DNA from: Macrostomum hystrix
Lineage: Eukaryota > Animalia > Platyhelminthes
Assembly: GCA_950097015.1 (NCBI GenBank)
Contig: CATNEN010000038.1
Span: 18,166,001 to 18,230,000 of the forward strand
DNA: 64,000 nt
Reading direction: 5' to 3'
In this document: piece by piece, positions 24,798-37,000 of the stretch
How the letters are laid out: each line of letters opens with the position of its first letter
Position numbering within the stretch: position 1 is the stretch's first letter
Program-made: the position numbers and the translations under genes
The notes under the pieces: model-generated
What the model was told of the DNA's origin: nothing
Seen by the model: the letters and a program-made list of their open reading frames with translations, nothing else
Databases searched by the model: none

Positions 24798-27700
24798 TCA
24801 TTTCAGCGCTCTCGGATCCAATTGTTGAGTGAAATCGGTGCTAATCTCTTTCAGATGATTGCGCAACAGATGACTGATTATGAGTCCGGCCGACCAACTG
24901 AACGGCGAGCCGAAGTCAAGCCCGTCAGCTTGTTGATTAACGCCGTAGAAACACGACTGCCTGACTGGTGGCGACAAGGAACTTGAGTCCAGCACTGGCT
25001 GAGCAGTCTGGCTAGTCGGTGCTGAGTACACAGTGCTGGGTATCAGCCGGTCGGTGCTAGCGAATCGTGCATTCCTGCCGTAGTTTTCAGTCCAAAATTG
25101 CAATTCGCACAGCTGCCAAACAGACAGAGGCTGGTCAACTATTGAGCACAGAATTCTAGCCGACTGTTTGTAAAGCCTGTTGATGAATAGCTTGCGCACA
25201 TTCGGCTTTATATAAGCTGGCCAATCAAATATACTGCCCAGCTTGCTAGGAACAATGACCGATTGATCGCCGCAGCCGCCGCCATCAGAGCTCGCGTTAA
25301 ATAATATTTCGTCTAATCGAATGGTGGCATTTTCCTGGAACACTGGCCACTGAATAGTGTCGTGAAGCACGGTCAAATAGACTGACGTAAACTCGAATTC
25401 AGACGGATAACGTCTGGTCAGCTGCCAGACACAGTCCAGGAACAGCAGGAATAGCGGGCCACCAGAGGCCAAGCCGTTGTCGCCAGACGTGCCGGAGCTC
25501 TGACTAGGGTTAGCCGCCGATGACGCTCCATACCCGGATGCGATCGAAGCCTGAAGAAATTTTTATGGAATGGATTCGATATAATCACTAACAACCGATT
25601 ATAATTTATAGTCTGGAACAGTAGACATGTATTCTAGAATTTCTGACAGCTTAAAACACTGAAGATCCCGGATGTTGACAGCTGAAAGTACTGATGATCC
25701 TGAATGTTGACAGTTGAAAGCACAGATGATCCCGGATGTTGACAGCTGAAAGCACAGATGATCCCAGATGTTGACAGCTGAAAGCACAGATGATCCCGTA
25801 TGTTGACAGCTGAAAGCACAGATGATCCCGGATGTTGACAGCTGAAAGCACAGATGATCCTGAATGTTGACAGTTGAAAGCACAGATGATCCCGGATGTT
25901 GACAGCTGAAAGCACAGACGATCCCAGATGTTGACAGCTGAAAGCACTGATGATCCCGTATGTTGACAGCTGAAAGCACTGAAGATCCCGGATGTTGACA
26001 GCTGAAAGCACAGATGATCCCGGATGTTGACAGATGAAAGTACTGATGATCGCGGATGTTGACAGCTGAAAGCACTGAAGATCCCGGATGTTGACAGATG
26101 AAAGTACTGATGATCGCGGATGTTGACAGCTGAAAGCACTGAAGATCCCGGATGTTGACAGCTGAAAGCACTGATGATCCCGGATGTTGACAGCTGAAAG
26201 CACAGATGATCCCGGATGTTGACAGCTGAAAGCACAGATGATCCCGGATGTTGACAGATGAAAGTACTGATGATCGCGGATGTTGACAGCTGAAAGCACT
26301 GAAGATCCCGGATGTTGACAGCTGAAAGTACTGATGATCGCGGATGTTGACAGCTGAAAGCACTGAAGATCCCGGATGTTGACAGATGAAAGTACTGATG
26401 ATCGCGGATGTTGACAGCTGAAAGCACTGAAGATCCCGGATGTTGACAGCTGAAAGCACAGATGATCCCGGATGTTGACAGATGAAAGTACTGATGATCG
26501 CGGATGTTGACAGCAGAAAGCACTGAAGATCCCGGATGTTGACAGCTGAAAGTACAGATGATCCCGGATGTTGACAGCTGAAAGCACAGATGATCCCGGA
26601 TGTTGACAGCTGAAAGCACAGATGATCCCGGATGTTGACAGATGAAAGTACTGATGATCGCGGATGTTGACAGCTGAAAGCACTGAAGATCCCGGATGTT
26701 GACAGCTGAAAGTACTGATGATCGCGGATGTTGACAGCTGAAAGCACTGAAGATCCCGGATGTTGACAGATGAAAGTACTGATGATCGCGGATGTTGACA
26801 GCTGAAAGCACTGAAGATCCCGGATGTTGACAGCTGAAAGCACAGATGATCCCGGATGTTGACAGATGAAAGTACTGATGATCGCGGATGTTGACAGCTG
26901 AAAGCACTGAAGATCCCGGATGTTGACAGCTGAAAGTACAGATGATCCCGGATGTTGACAGCTGAAAGCACAGATGATCCCGGATGTTGACAGCTGAAAG
27001 CACTGATGATCCCGGATGTTGACAGATGAAAGTACTGATGATCGCGGATGTTGACAGCTGAAAGCACTGAAGATCCCGGATGTTGACAGCTGAAAGCACT
27101 GAAGATCCCGGATGTTGACAGCTGAAAGTACTGATGATCGCGGATGTTGACAGCTGAAAGCACTGAAGATCCCGGATGTTGACAGCTGAAAGCACTGAAG
27201 ATCCCGGATGTTGACAGATGAAAGTACTGATGATCCCGGATGTTGACAGCTGAAAGCACTGAAGATCCCGGATGTTGACAGCTGAAAGTACTGATGATCC
27301 CGGATGTTGACAGCTGAAAGCACTGAAGATCCCGGATGTTGACAGCTGAAAGCACTGAAGATCCCGGATGTTGACAGCTGAAAGCACTGAAGATCCCGGA
27401 TGTTGACAGCTGAAAGCACTGATGATCCCGGATGTTGACAGCTGAAAGCACTGAAGATCCCGGATGTTGACAGCTGAAAGCACTGAAGATCCCGGATGTT
27501 GACAGCTGAAAGCACTGAAGATCCCGGATGTTGACAGCTGAAAGCACAGATGATCGCGGATGTTGACAGCTGAAAGCACTGAAGATCCCGGATGTTGACA
27601 GCTGAAAGTACTGATGATCCCGGATGTTGACAGGTCTATACTCAAAAGCTTCGATACTCGCCAAAACGATTGATAGCTTAAAGAATCCTAATTTTTTAAT

Positions 27701-30700
27701 AAAAAACGGTGACCTGCTAATCTAATTTAAAACTAGAAACATCGTGAAACAGCTCTAACTCGCCTGCTCAGCTAGAGAAGCAGCATCGTCTCCTGAGTCG
27801 TCTAGCTGGGCCAAGTTGAGCAGTCGGGCCCGGAACGGATGCCGGCTAACCCATTCCAGTTTGATGAGTCGCTCAAAGCCGGCTATTCCGCGTGTCTCAG
27901 GCCAGAGCATCAGGCTAATCAGGCTGGACAATAGGCAGTTCCAGTCGCGATCAGCTGATTCGGTTAGCCAAACTGTTTTGTGACGCCGGTGCACACAGTG
28001 AGCTAGTCGATCAGCAATGTCCAGACATTGCTGCACTAGACGAAGCCAACCTGTGGCCTGGGATTAAAAGAGGATCGATTCGCGATCATGATAAGCTTTC
28101 AGTACACTGGCGGATCAGGATAAGATTTGAGCACACAAAAGATCGATGGCTATGAGCACACTGGAGATCGATGGCTATGAGCACACTGGAGATCGATGGC
28201 TTTGAGCACACTGGAGATCGATGTCTATGAGCACACTGGAGATCGATGGCTATGAGCACACTGGAGATCGATGGCTATGAGCACACTGGAGTTCGATGGC
28301 TATGAGCACACTGGAGATCGATGGCTATGAGCACACTGGAGATCGATGGCTATGAGCACACTGGAGATCGATGGCTATGAGCACACTGGAGATCGATGTC
28401 TATGAGCACACTGGAGATCGATGGCTATGAGCACACTGGAGATCGATGGCTATGAGCACACTGGAGTTCGATGGCTATGAGCACACTGGAGATCGATGGC
28501 TATGAGCACACTGGAGATCGATGGCTATGAGCACACTGGAGATCGATGGCTATGAGCACACTGGAGATCGATGTCTATGAGCACACTGGGGATCGATGGC
28601 TATGAGCACACTGGGGATCGATGGCTATGAGCACACTGGAGATCGATGTCTATGAGCACACTGGGGATCGATGGCTATGAGCACACTGGAGATGACTATG
28701 AGCACACTGGAGATCGATGGCTATGAGCACACTGGGGATCGATGGCTATGAGCACACTGGAGATGACTATGAGCACACTGGAGATCGATGGCTATGAGCA
28801 CACTGGGGATCGATGGCTATGAGCACACTGGAGATCGATGTCTATGAGCACACTGGGGATCGATGGCTATGAGCACACTGGAGATGACTATGAGCACACT
28901 GGAGATCGATGGCTATGAGCACACTGGGGATCGATGGCTATGAGCACACTGGAGATCGATGTCTATGAGCACACTGGGGATCGATGGTTATGAGCACACT
29001 GGAGATGACTATGAGCACATATCAGCATCTGTAATCATAATAGATTCAGACCTCCAATCCGCTATAGAAGCCAGAATCAGCCGAGTCATTCTTCCGCAGC
29101 CTTTCCAGGCTCATAGCGTCGGCGCTGCCTGCTGAAGCGGCGCAGTGTCGCAGCAGCTTCCGCCTTGACTGAGACACGACGGCCAACCTGGGCATTCGCT
29201 GGTCGCAGTCGAATATTTCCAGGTTAGGATAGAACTGAACTAGATTGGCTTCAAATTCCATCGATTGTTTAAAGAAACTGGAAGAAGCGTCTGATGAAAG
29301 CGATGGCGACGCTGAGAAATCGTCTTTTGGTCGAGCGGAGCGCAGAACAATGCCAGCAGAGGCTATACTATCTGAGCTGGACTGCACTAGGCGAGGATAT
29401 CCAGAGTCGCGATAATATTCAACGGCGTTGCGATCAACCAACTGTGGCACAGTTGGCACCCGAGGAAAGATGGCGCGACTGCCGTTGCTTAGCGACAGGT
29501 TGACGCAGGGGCCAGTCGAAGACCACTCTCTGAAAGGGTAGGGAAACAGGATTTTCAATTGTCACTGAACCTGAACGTTGCTAAAAGTAACGCCTGAAAT
29601 TCGCTAAAAGCAACGTTCAAACGCGCTGTATGGAATGCCGAAACAAAGCTAAATGTAACGTTAAAACGGCGTTAAAGTAACGTCAGATCGGTGCAAAAAT
29701 TAACGCATAAAACTTCGCTTAAAGTAAAGCCTAATTGGCGCTAAAAGAAGCGTTTAAACGGCGCTAAAAGTAACGCCTAAGTGGCACTAAAAGGAACGTC
29801 TGAATGGCGCTAAAAGTAACGCCTGAACTGCCACAAAAGTAACGACTGAATGGGCGCTCAAAGTGACGCTTAAAATGTGCTTAAAAGGGCCTTTCATCTA
29901 GTCTAGCTGGTGAGCTTACTTGATCATGTAGCTCTGGTAGTCGAAGCGTTGGCAGGGGAACAATCCGCTGCTGCTGCTAACGTCTCGACGAGAACTAAAA
30001 GCAAATAGGCACAGATTGGACAGGAAGCGACTGACGTCGTCAACCTGTTGCTGAGCAGCTGACCCACTTAACGCTTCTTGACGATCAACGCGAAAAGCTG
30101 AGCCGCTGCCACCGCTGACGCCACTGCGACTGCGATTGAGGCCGTCTAGAAGGGAGGCCCGCAGAGCCTCAGGAAATGAGGACAACTGGCTGCCGACACC
30201 GCCTCCGCTGCCAGTGCCGCCGCTAGAGATTCGATCTAGGAGACCGCGCCGTTGACGATGAGGCGAGTTGAAGCAGAATTTGTACCTGAAAATGTATTTA
30301 TTTTCTATTATGATTCTCATTGGATTATTTGTAACTTTGGAACTGAAAAATAGACAGGGAAATCCCAAATAATCAAGCTTTAAAACAACAGGGAAATCCT
30401 AAAATGATGTAGTTCAATTGCGCTGAGAAATCTCAAACAAGCTTTAAATGGACTGGGAAATCCAAATTAATCAAGCTTTAAAAACTAAAATTAGCTGTGA
30501 AAAAAAATTATGTCGTTTTGAAATGGACTGGGAAATACCTAACGATCTAATTTATAATGGACTCGGAAATCCCTAATGATCTAGCTATAACTAAACTGGG
30601 AAATCCCAAATGATGTAGCTATAACAAAACTGTGAAATCCCAAATGATGTAGCTATAACTAAACTGGGAAATCCCAAATGATGTAGCTATAACTAAACTG

Positions 30701-31360
30701 GGAAATCCCAAATGATGTAGCTATAACTAAACTGGGAAATCCCAAATGATGTAGCTATAACTAAACTGTGAAATCCCAAATGATGTAGCTATAACTAAAC
30801 TGGGAAATCCCAAATGATGAAGCTATAACTAAACTGGGAAATCCCAAATGATCTAGCTATAAATAGACAGGGAAACCCCAAATGATCTAGCTATAAATAG
30901 ACAGGGAAACCCCAAATGATCTTGCTTTTCCCATGTATTAACTAGACCTGGTGAAATCGCTGCAGTAGATCTCCAGCTTGTCAACCCTGCCAGGCAGCGT
31001 GGCTGCCTGACCAGCCGGACTAAAGCTCTTGACTTTAGTCTTCTTTCTTTGACTCTGCACTAGCACCAGATGATCAATGCTGGCTAAATAGATGCTCAAA
31101 TATTCGGGCCGATCTTCGCTAAAAATAGCTGGAAATAAATCGCCCTTGATGCTGTGGGGTAGAAAGACGAGTCGCATATTGGTTAGCACCAGTTTGCCAT
31201 CGATATACCAGACCTTCTCAGGCAGTTGCAGGGATACTGTAGGCTTGGAAGTCTTCTCATCTGGCAAGGCGCACGACAGCATTTCGTCAGCATAAAATTT
31301 TATTTCCTTTCTTTCAAATTTGGCTTTGCTTTTCTTGTGCAAAGCTGACAATGGAAACAT
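24798..31360 (-). CDS. MTMR10: Myotubularin-related pseudophosphatase (MTMR10/11/12 group), ~767 aa, 5 coding exons
   Basis: Exons 31360-30948, 30285-29920, 29529-29052, 28057-27764, 25550-24798. PH-GRAM-like GKLVLTNMRLVF; LEATGWL; catalytic loop replaced by VWLTESADRD; GFERLIKLEWV..HPF; PLFLLFLDCVWQL..YPSEFEF. Confidence 0.85.
25643..27632 (+). repeat. 32-bp intronic minisatellite
   Basis: Tandem GATGTTGACAGCTGAAAGCACTGAAGATCCCG variants. Confidence 0.97.
28128..29018 (+). repeat. 25-bp intronic minisatellite
   Basis: Tandem GATCGATGGCTATGAGCACACTGGA. Confidence 0.97.
29570..29880 (+). repeat. Degenerate ~23-bp intronic tandem repeat
   Basis: Recurrent GCGCTAAAAGTAACGCCT motif. Confidence 0.7.
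30560..30920 (+). repeat. 34-bp intronic minisatellite
   Basis: Tandem AACTGGGAAATCCCAAATGATGTAGCTATAACTA. Confidence 0.92.
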
Positions 31361-32867
31361 TTTTATGCCAGCTGAATGAATTATTTGATCTGAAAGAGAT
31401 TGAAAATCACATTTGTAGCAATAAAAGCTTTTTTAAAAAAAAAATTATTTTGATCTAGTGTAAAACAGATCATGTCTTTTAAAACAACGTTAATAAGCTA
31501 AAAGCTCAGCCAAAAGACTTGCAACTTTTGGATTGAAACAAAGCTAATTGTAACCTTAAAATTTACTGACAAAGGTAGATTCACATTTATTTATACAAGC
31601 ACAAAAAGCCAAAGGTTAGTTTCCTATTGCATCTTGCATGTCATAATCCAATGAAATGCAGTCTAGTGATGGTGATTTTATAATGTATTTTTTGCTGAGT
31701 TTGACATGCAACTTGCAGAGCTTCCTGCATTCAAAGCTTAGTCTCTTGCATATTTGCAAATCATAGTTGCAAATGAGTTGCAAAATGAGTTGCAAATCAT
31801 TAGTTTGAGTAATAGTACAAGTGTCATTTCATATGGTCTCTGCAATGATACACAAAAACTTGTTGTGCTTAGTTATTTGCAAATCTAGTTGAATTAGGTA
31901 TTAGATATGCAATTGCACAACCTCTGAATTATTTACCCACCAAGCATGAAACACTAAAAGTTCTGAGTCATAAAATGGCTATTACAGTTTAAATAAAAAA
32001 TTCTAGGAAACAATTATAAATCAAACTTTAACATCTTTTGTATCTTTTCTTTACATATAAAAAATTGCATTTGAAAATAAGGCATATGGTTTTGGATTTT
32101 AATCATCACTACAATTGCCTTACAACAAATTTGTTTTACAACACGTTTCTGTCCTCGTCAGTAGCTGTATCAACTATCAATTATCAAATTATAATACAAA
32201 GCTAAATGTATTTTTGTCAATTTTTCTAAGTCTACTTAACAACAAGTCTTAAAACATTGTATCCTTTTATGTATCTATCAAACCATATAATGATCTATCT
32301 ATTGAATTCACAGATATGAACTACCTACTTATTAATAATATGTCTAGCTAGTAAAGATAGTAAAATCAAATTGCTGATTAAAACATGCATTTTACCATGT
32401 AATTGTTTCTATAGGAAATTATATAGAGAAAATGTCTCTTGTTTGCTACAAATAAAAATAGAAGCAGGAGTATAATGTATACACTATACAATAGCTCATT
32501 GACAAAAATGCTTATTTCATACAGTCCAGTGCTTTATAGCTCTAATTTTTTACTTGAGCTGCACTATTTTTTGGTTTTCCATTTCCATAAAAATTATTTG
32601 AATCCCTAGTAGCAACTTTACTGAGTCTAGAAGTCATAGTAACAAGTCAAACATTAACATGATAATAGGCCTAGTGTGCCATGCAGTACAATATTAGAAA
32701 AAAACTGTGTTACAGTGTGTTGCCTTGTGAGCAACTGCATATTTATTACAAATAAACTTGTTGGTGCTATGCATGGCTTGGAACTTTGAGAACCTGGTCC
32801 TTTTAACTTGCTGTTGCCACACTAGTCAACACTAACACTGCAGTGATTTTGTCTGCCGCTGCCACTG

Positions 32868-33445
32868 GGGTTGCGATGACTTGGGTGACAAATCACTTCA
32901 GAGACAGTCATTTCGCCGAATGGACTTGGGTGACAAGTTTTGATCACTTAGGCGACAATATGATCACTTGTTGACCATTTAATTACAGGCGATTAATTGT
33001 ACTTTAAAATTGGTATAAAATTTGTTTATATCAATACATTAACATCAGACTTTAGTATTTTAAAAGTATTATATATAACTTCTATTTCACGAGCTCAATT
33101 CCTCCTCCAGAGGAATTTTCATTTGAAATTTCACTGCCCTTTAAGCTTAAAATACAGCCAGTTTAGTAAGCACATTCTTCTCCGCCTACAGTGAGAGGCC
33201 CGCCAAGTTTATTTATTGAATCTTAACCCAGCCAACTCTGCCTCTGCCCCAGCTAGAATGTGTTGGAATGTATGTATTTGAATTAGAATTAGAATTAACT
33301 ATGCATATAGTTTTACCATAAAATATAAAAAGCAACATTGTTTTATGATCGAGTCAGGTATATTTATTTTTAATGTCACTACATGAAGTCAATACGCCAA
33401 AATGACTGTCGCCGAAGTGACTTGTCGCCAAAGTGATCGTTACCC
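32868..33445. mobile_element. Mutator-like MITE
   Basis: Imperfect ~55-bp TIRs GGGTTGCGATGACTT.. / ..AAGTGATCGTTACCC; 9-bp TSD CTGCCACTG / CTGCCGCTG with one mismatch. Confidence 0.7.
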
Positions 33446-34049
33446 CTGCCGCTGCCAGTTCCTAACTTCCTACATCAAATGATCAAAATTTTGAAACATT
33501 ATGCTCAATGGCTTACACATGTACAACTCTACAGTTTAATTTAATATACATATAGAGAGGTTTAAGTAATATGAATTAAGAATTTATTATGAAACCTTTT
33601 GATTTTTTTTGATAAAAATAATAAAATGAGAAAAAAACAAAAACTTGCGTTTCTTATAAAAAATGCAGTCGTCGTTGCGAAGTAAAACAATTTGACCTTA
33701 ACTTTTTCTTCTTTAATTTCGATTATGGCAAGAAAGATAAGAATCTATAATTAAAGTTATATTAAACAGCACAGTTTTGCTTTTGCTTTTTAAAAATGTA
33801 AAATTGAAATTTCCTGCGAAATCTCAATATTTAAAAAACTGTACCAGCGTCGCAAAGTCGATTGCTAATGTTATATATTATATATACTCCAATGAATTGA
33901 AGATTTGTGGTTAGTTAAATTTAAGTTGAAGATAAGTGAAATTAAGTAACCCTAGTGGCTTTTAGCTAAACTAAATTAACTAAACTAACTAACCCTAGCT
34001 TAAGTTAGAAATTCATAATTTATTTTTCTGTTTAGAGAAGTAAAAAGCT

Positions 34050-37000
34050 ATGACAACAATTCGCCCATTCATTGCATCTGATCTTTTTAAAATAGCTAAT
34101 GTGTAAGTGACTGGTTTCTTAATTTCTTAATCATGTTTCCTATATTATAGTAATTTGGATAAAATATTGTATGCTTGATTTTTGTGGGTATTTATGAGCT
34201 CATATATATTTTACCATAGTCTGGATCATGCTGGGCTTATGCTGGGGGTAAAATCTAGCTTTTTTGGGACTTTCGCCAGCACAGTTACTCCCATTTTTGT
34301 CCCCTAGAAAATTACGCAGCAGAAAGACTCCCCACATGGCTAAAATGAGCAATAGAAATGTAACACAAAGGTAATTACAAGTAAAAAAAACGTCAAGTGA
34401 AATACGAGTTAGGAGCTGTGGGATGCATTGCCAATGAAAGGGGAATGGGAAATCGCTGCCTTCCGCTTGTCCACAGCCTTGCTGATGTGATACTTAGTCA
34501 CCCAGGGATCCGTAAAAATGGATTCTGGTGGCCACAGGGAAACAGTCCATTTCGGCGACATACCATTTTGGCGACAACCATGAAAAGTCATTTCGGCGAC
34601 AACCATTTCGGCGACAATACTTTTGAAGCCGTGGAACAAATTTATGTATGTCAATGTAAACAAGAAAAGTGCAGAGAACGAAAGAGTGAATAGAGGAAAG
34701 AAGGCAGAGACAAAAGTCGCGATAGCACTTCTACCTGTGTAGAATAATGAAGTAGATAACAAACATGTTAGTTATAAAATATTGGTGACGGCAAACGATG
34801 CTACTTATAAGTAAGACAGGTGAGGTTGACGCACATAGAGCGCGGCCCAAACTGATCCAAACTTGCTATTTATATTACATGTTAAAACAAATACTATAAC
34901 AGGAATACATTAACAAGTAGAACAATCAAATACATTACATACTCAATAAGCAAACACTATCAGATCCATTATTACTGCGGTTTCAATGTTTGTCACCGAA
35001 GTGGTTGTCGCTGAAATGACTTGTTGCCAAAATGGACCAGATTCCATGCCATGCTGCATGTCTCCTGTGTAGTAGGCCTTATAGCTATGAAGCCTCATCC
35101 AGCAGCTGCTCACACGCATTGCTGACATTAAAATCAAATAGCACTGGAGTGGGGTGGCTGCTTAGGGTATGAGATTCTAATTTGTGTGTGTGTGTGTGTG
35201 CTAGGTTTTTTGGGTCACCAGTTTGCCATAGCAATTTCAAATGGCATAATAAAATTTAGGTAATTATGCCTAATGGCATATAATCAAATTTACAAATTTT
35301 AAATATTTTTTTAAAGTTAGAACAATTTGGTATTATCACTAGGCCCATTGTAAAAAGTTCTATTATTTTACAATTTTACCATAAGCCTTTTATCTAAGCT
35401 GACAGGCTTACAGAACTTATAGTAAATTTTAGGCCTATTTAATTTCAGTCACCATAATTTTGCTTTGCTAAGTGATTGCTTTGAATTCCAAATTTGAGTT
35501 TAGCTTTACCTATGTCCAGTCCAATCTAGGCGCAACTTGCAGGTCTACAGAGTTGTCACATGACACAACTACAGTTAGGTCCTAAAATAGTTTGCTGCAC
35601 AGCACAGGCCCCATCCCTATTGGAGCCAATAAGGGTTTTTGCGGACAGCGTCCGGCGTGCTTGTGAAAAATTGCCTGCACAGCTGCGCAGAAAGAAATTC
35701 CTGTCTGCGCAGCCACACTTTGTGTGTAAAGTTGTTGTAAGTATGTAGATATATAACAAACAGTGTGCCTTTGTGCCCCTACATGAATACATGCTCCACA
35801 GTGCCCGAGTGCTAAAAGACAGCTGTTCTAATTATAGAAATACACTACACAGAGATCAAAAAAGGTCATTTGGTATTTGCGTCAATATTTTTGCGAAATC
35901 ACCATGTACCTGTTCTATTTTTAGAAATACACTACAAAGATAAAAAAAGTCTTTCGTCATTTTTTGTGAAATAAATTACTACATTGAGTCAGACTGTAAG
36001 ATATGTAGCAATTGCGGATTTGTGCTCTTTTTCTTGAAAACAACTGCGCACCTGCGCGCCTAGCAGGAGTGTCCGCAGCTTTTTTAAATTTGCTCTATTA
36101 GGGGGCCCCATTTATTTCTGTGTGCATCAGAAGAACATATTTAAAACAGACAAATCGAAATAAAGGTCAGTTTAAAAGCTTGGCATGAACAAATCCAAAA
36201 TGGAAAAATAAAACTAGGATATTATGCCAAATAGCATAAGCAACCTAGCAAAAAACCCAGGGTATGTGTTAGGGAATCCTAAACTGAGCCCAAGCAGGAA
36301 TGCTAAATCTTTTACATTAGTAATGCTGACAACTCATCCCTCCAAGCTCTATATGCCTCATATTAAAACATTGTTGATGTAAACATTTACTAATGCAAAC
36401 TATTATTTGTCTGCATGATCTATGCCAAAACATGTTGTCTAAATTTACTTTTGTCAACACTATTTATATGTAAGCATCGATACCACAAATAACAAAATAC
36501 TTAAATTAATATGGTGAACATACAAGTGACAATAAACATAAAAAGTATAATTTAGTATTGCTAAATCTGTTGTATTGTGTGGTGCAATTATCCATCATTT
36601 GACTTCATTAGGTAATTTATCAGATTTGATTTGCTGTTGCCACAGACCACCTCCACTTCTAGAATAGTTTTTGTACACCAAATGTGTTACATAGAAAGCA
36701 AATTAGTTGACTTTCAAACTCATGAGTGTTTGTATCTAGGGCATGAGTTCCAATTTTTTGTGCGGCTAGGCTTTGACTTGGCTACATCAAGACATTGAAG
36801 TCTCTTTGTTAATTAATCTGCACATGATTAATTCTGACTCTGTCCTTACACCCCACCATCTAAATTCCAAAAATTTCAACAACTATTCAGATATTCATTA
36901 TGTCCCTTCACTTTTTGTTATTGTTACTATATGAATTGCTGTTTTGTGTGTTTTCTATGCCAGCTGTTAATGAAGTTGCCTTATTGTCAAAATTGAATGA

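Noticed and set aside
25599-27664. Three 638-676 aa minus-strand ORFs, and similar ORFs at 2.9, 5.1, 10.1, 17-19, 21-22, 41.6, 43-44 and 61.5 kb
   Set aside because: They are open in several frames only because the tandem unit lacks stops, and they lie in introns or intergenic arrays.
35201-36260. Outer MITE (CTAGGTTTTT..AAAACCCAG) enclosing the 35615 element
   Set aside because: TIR similarity is weak and the TSD is ambiguous within a GT microsatellite.
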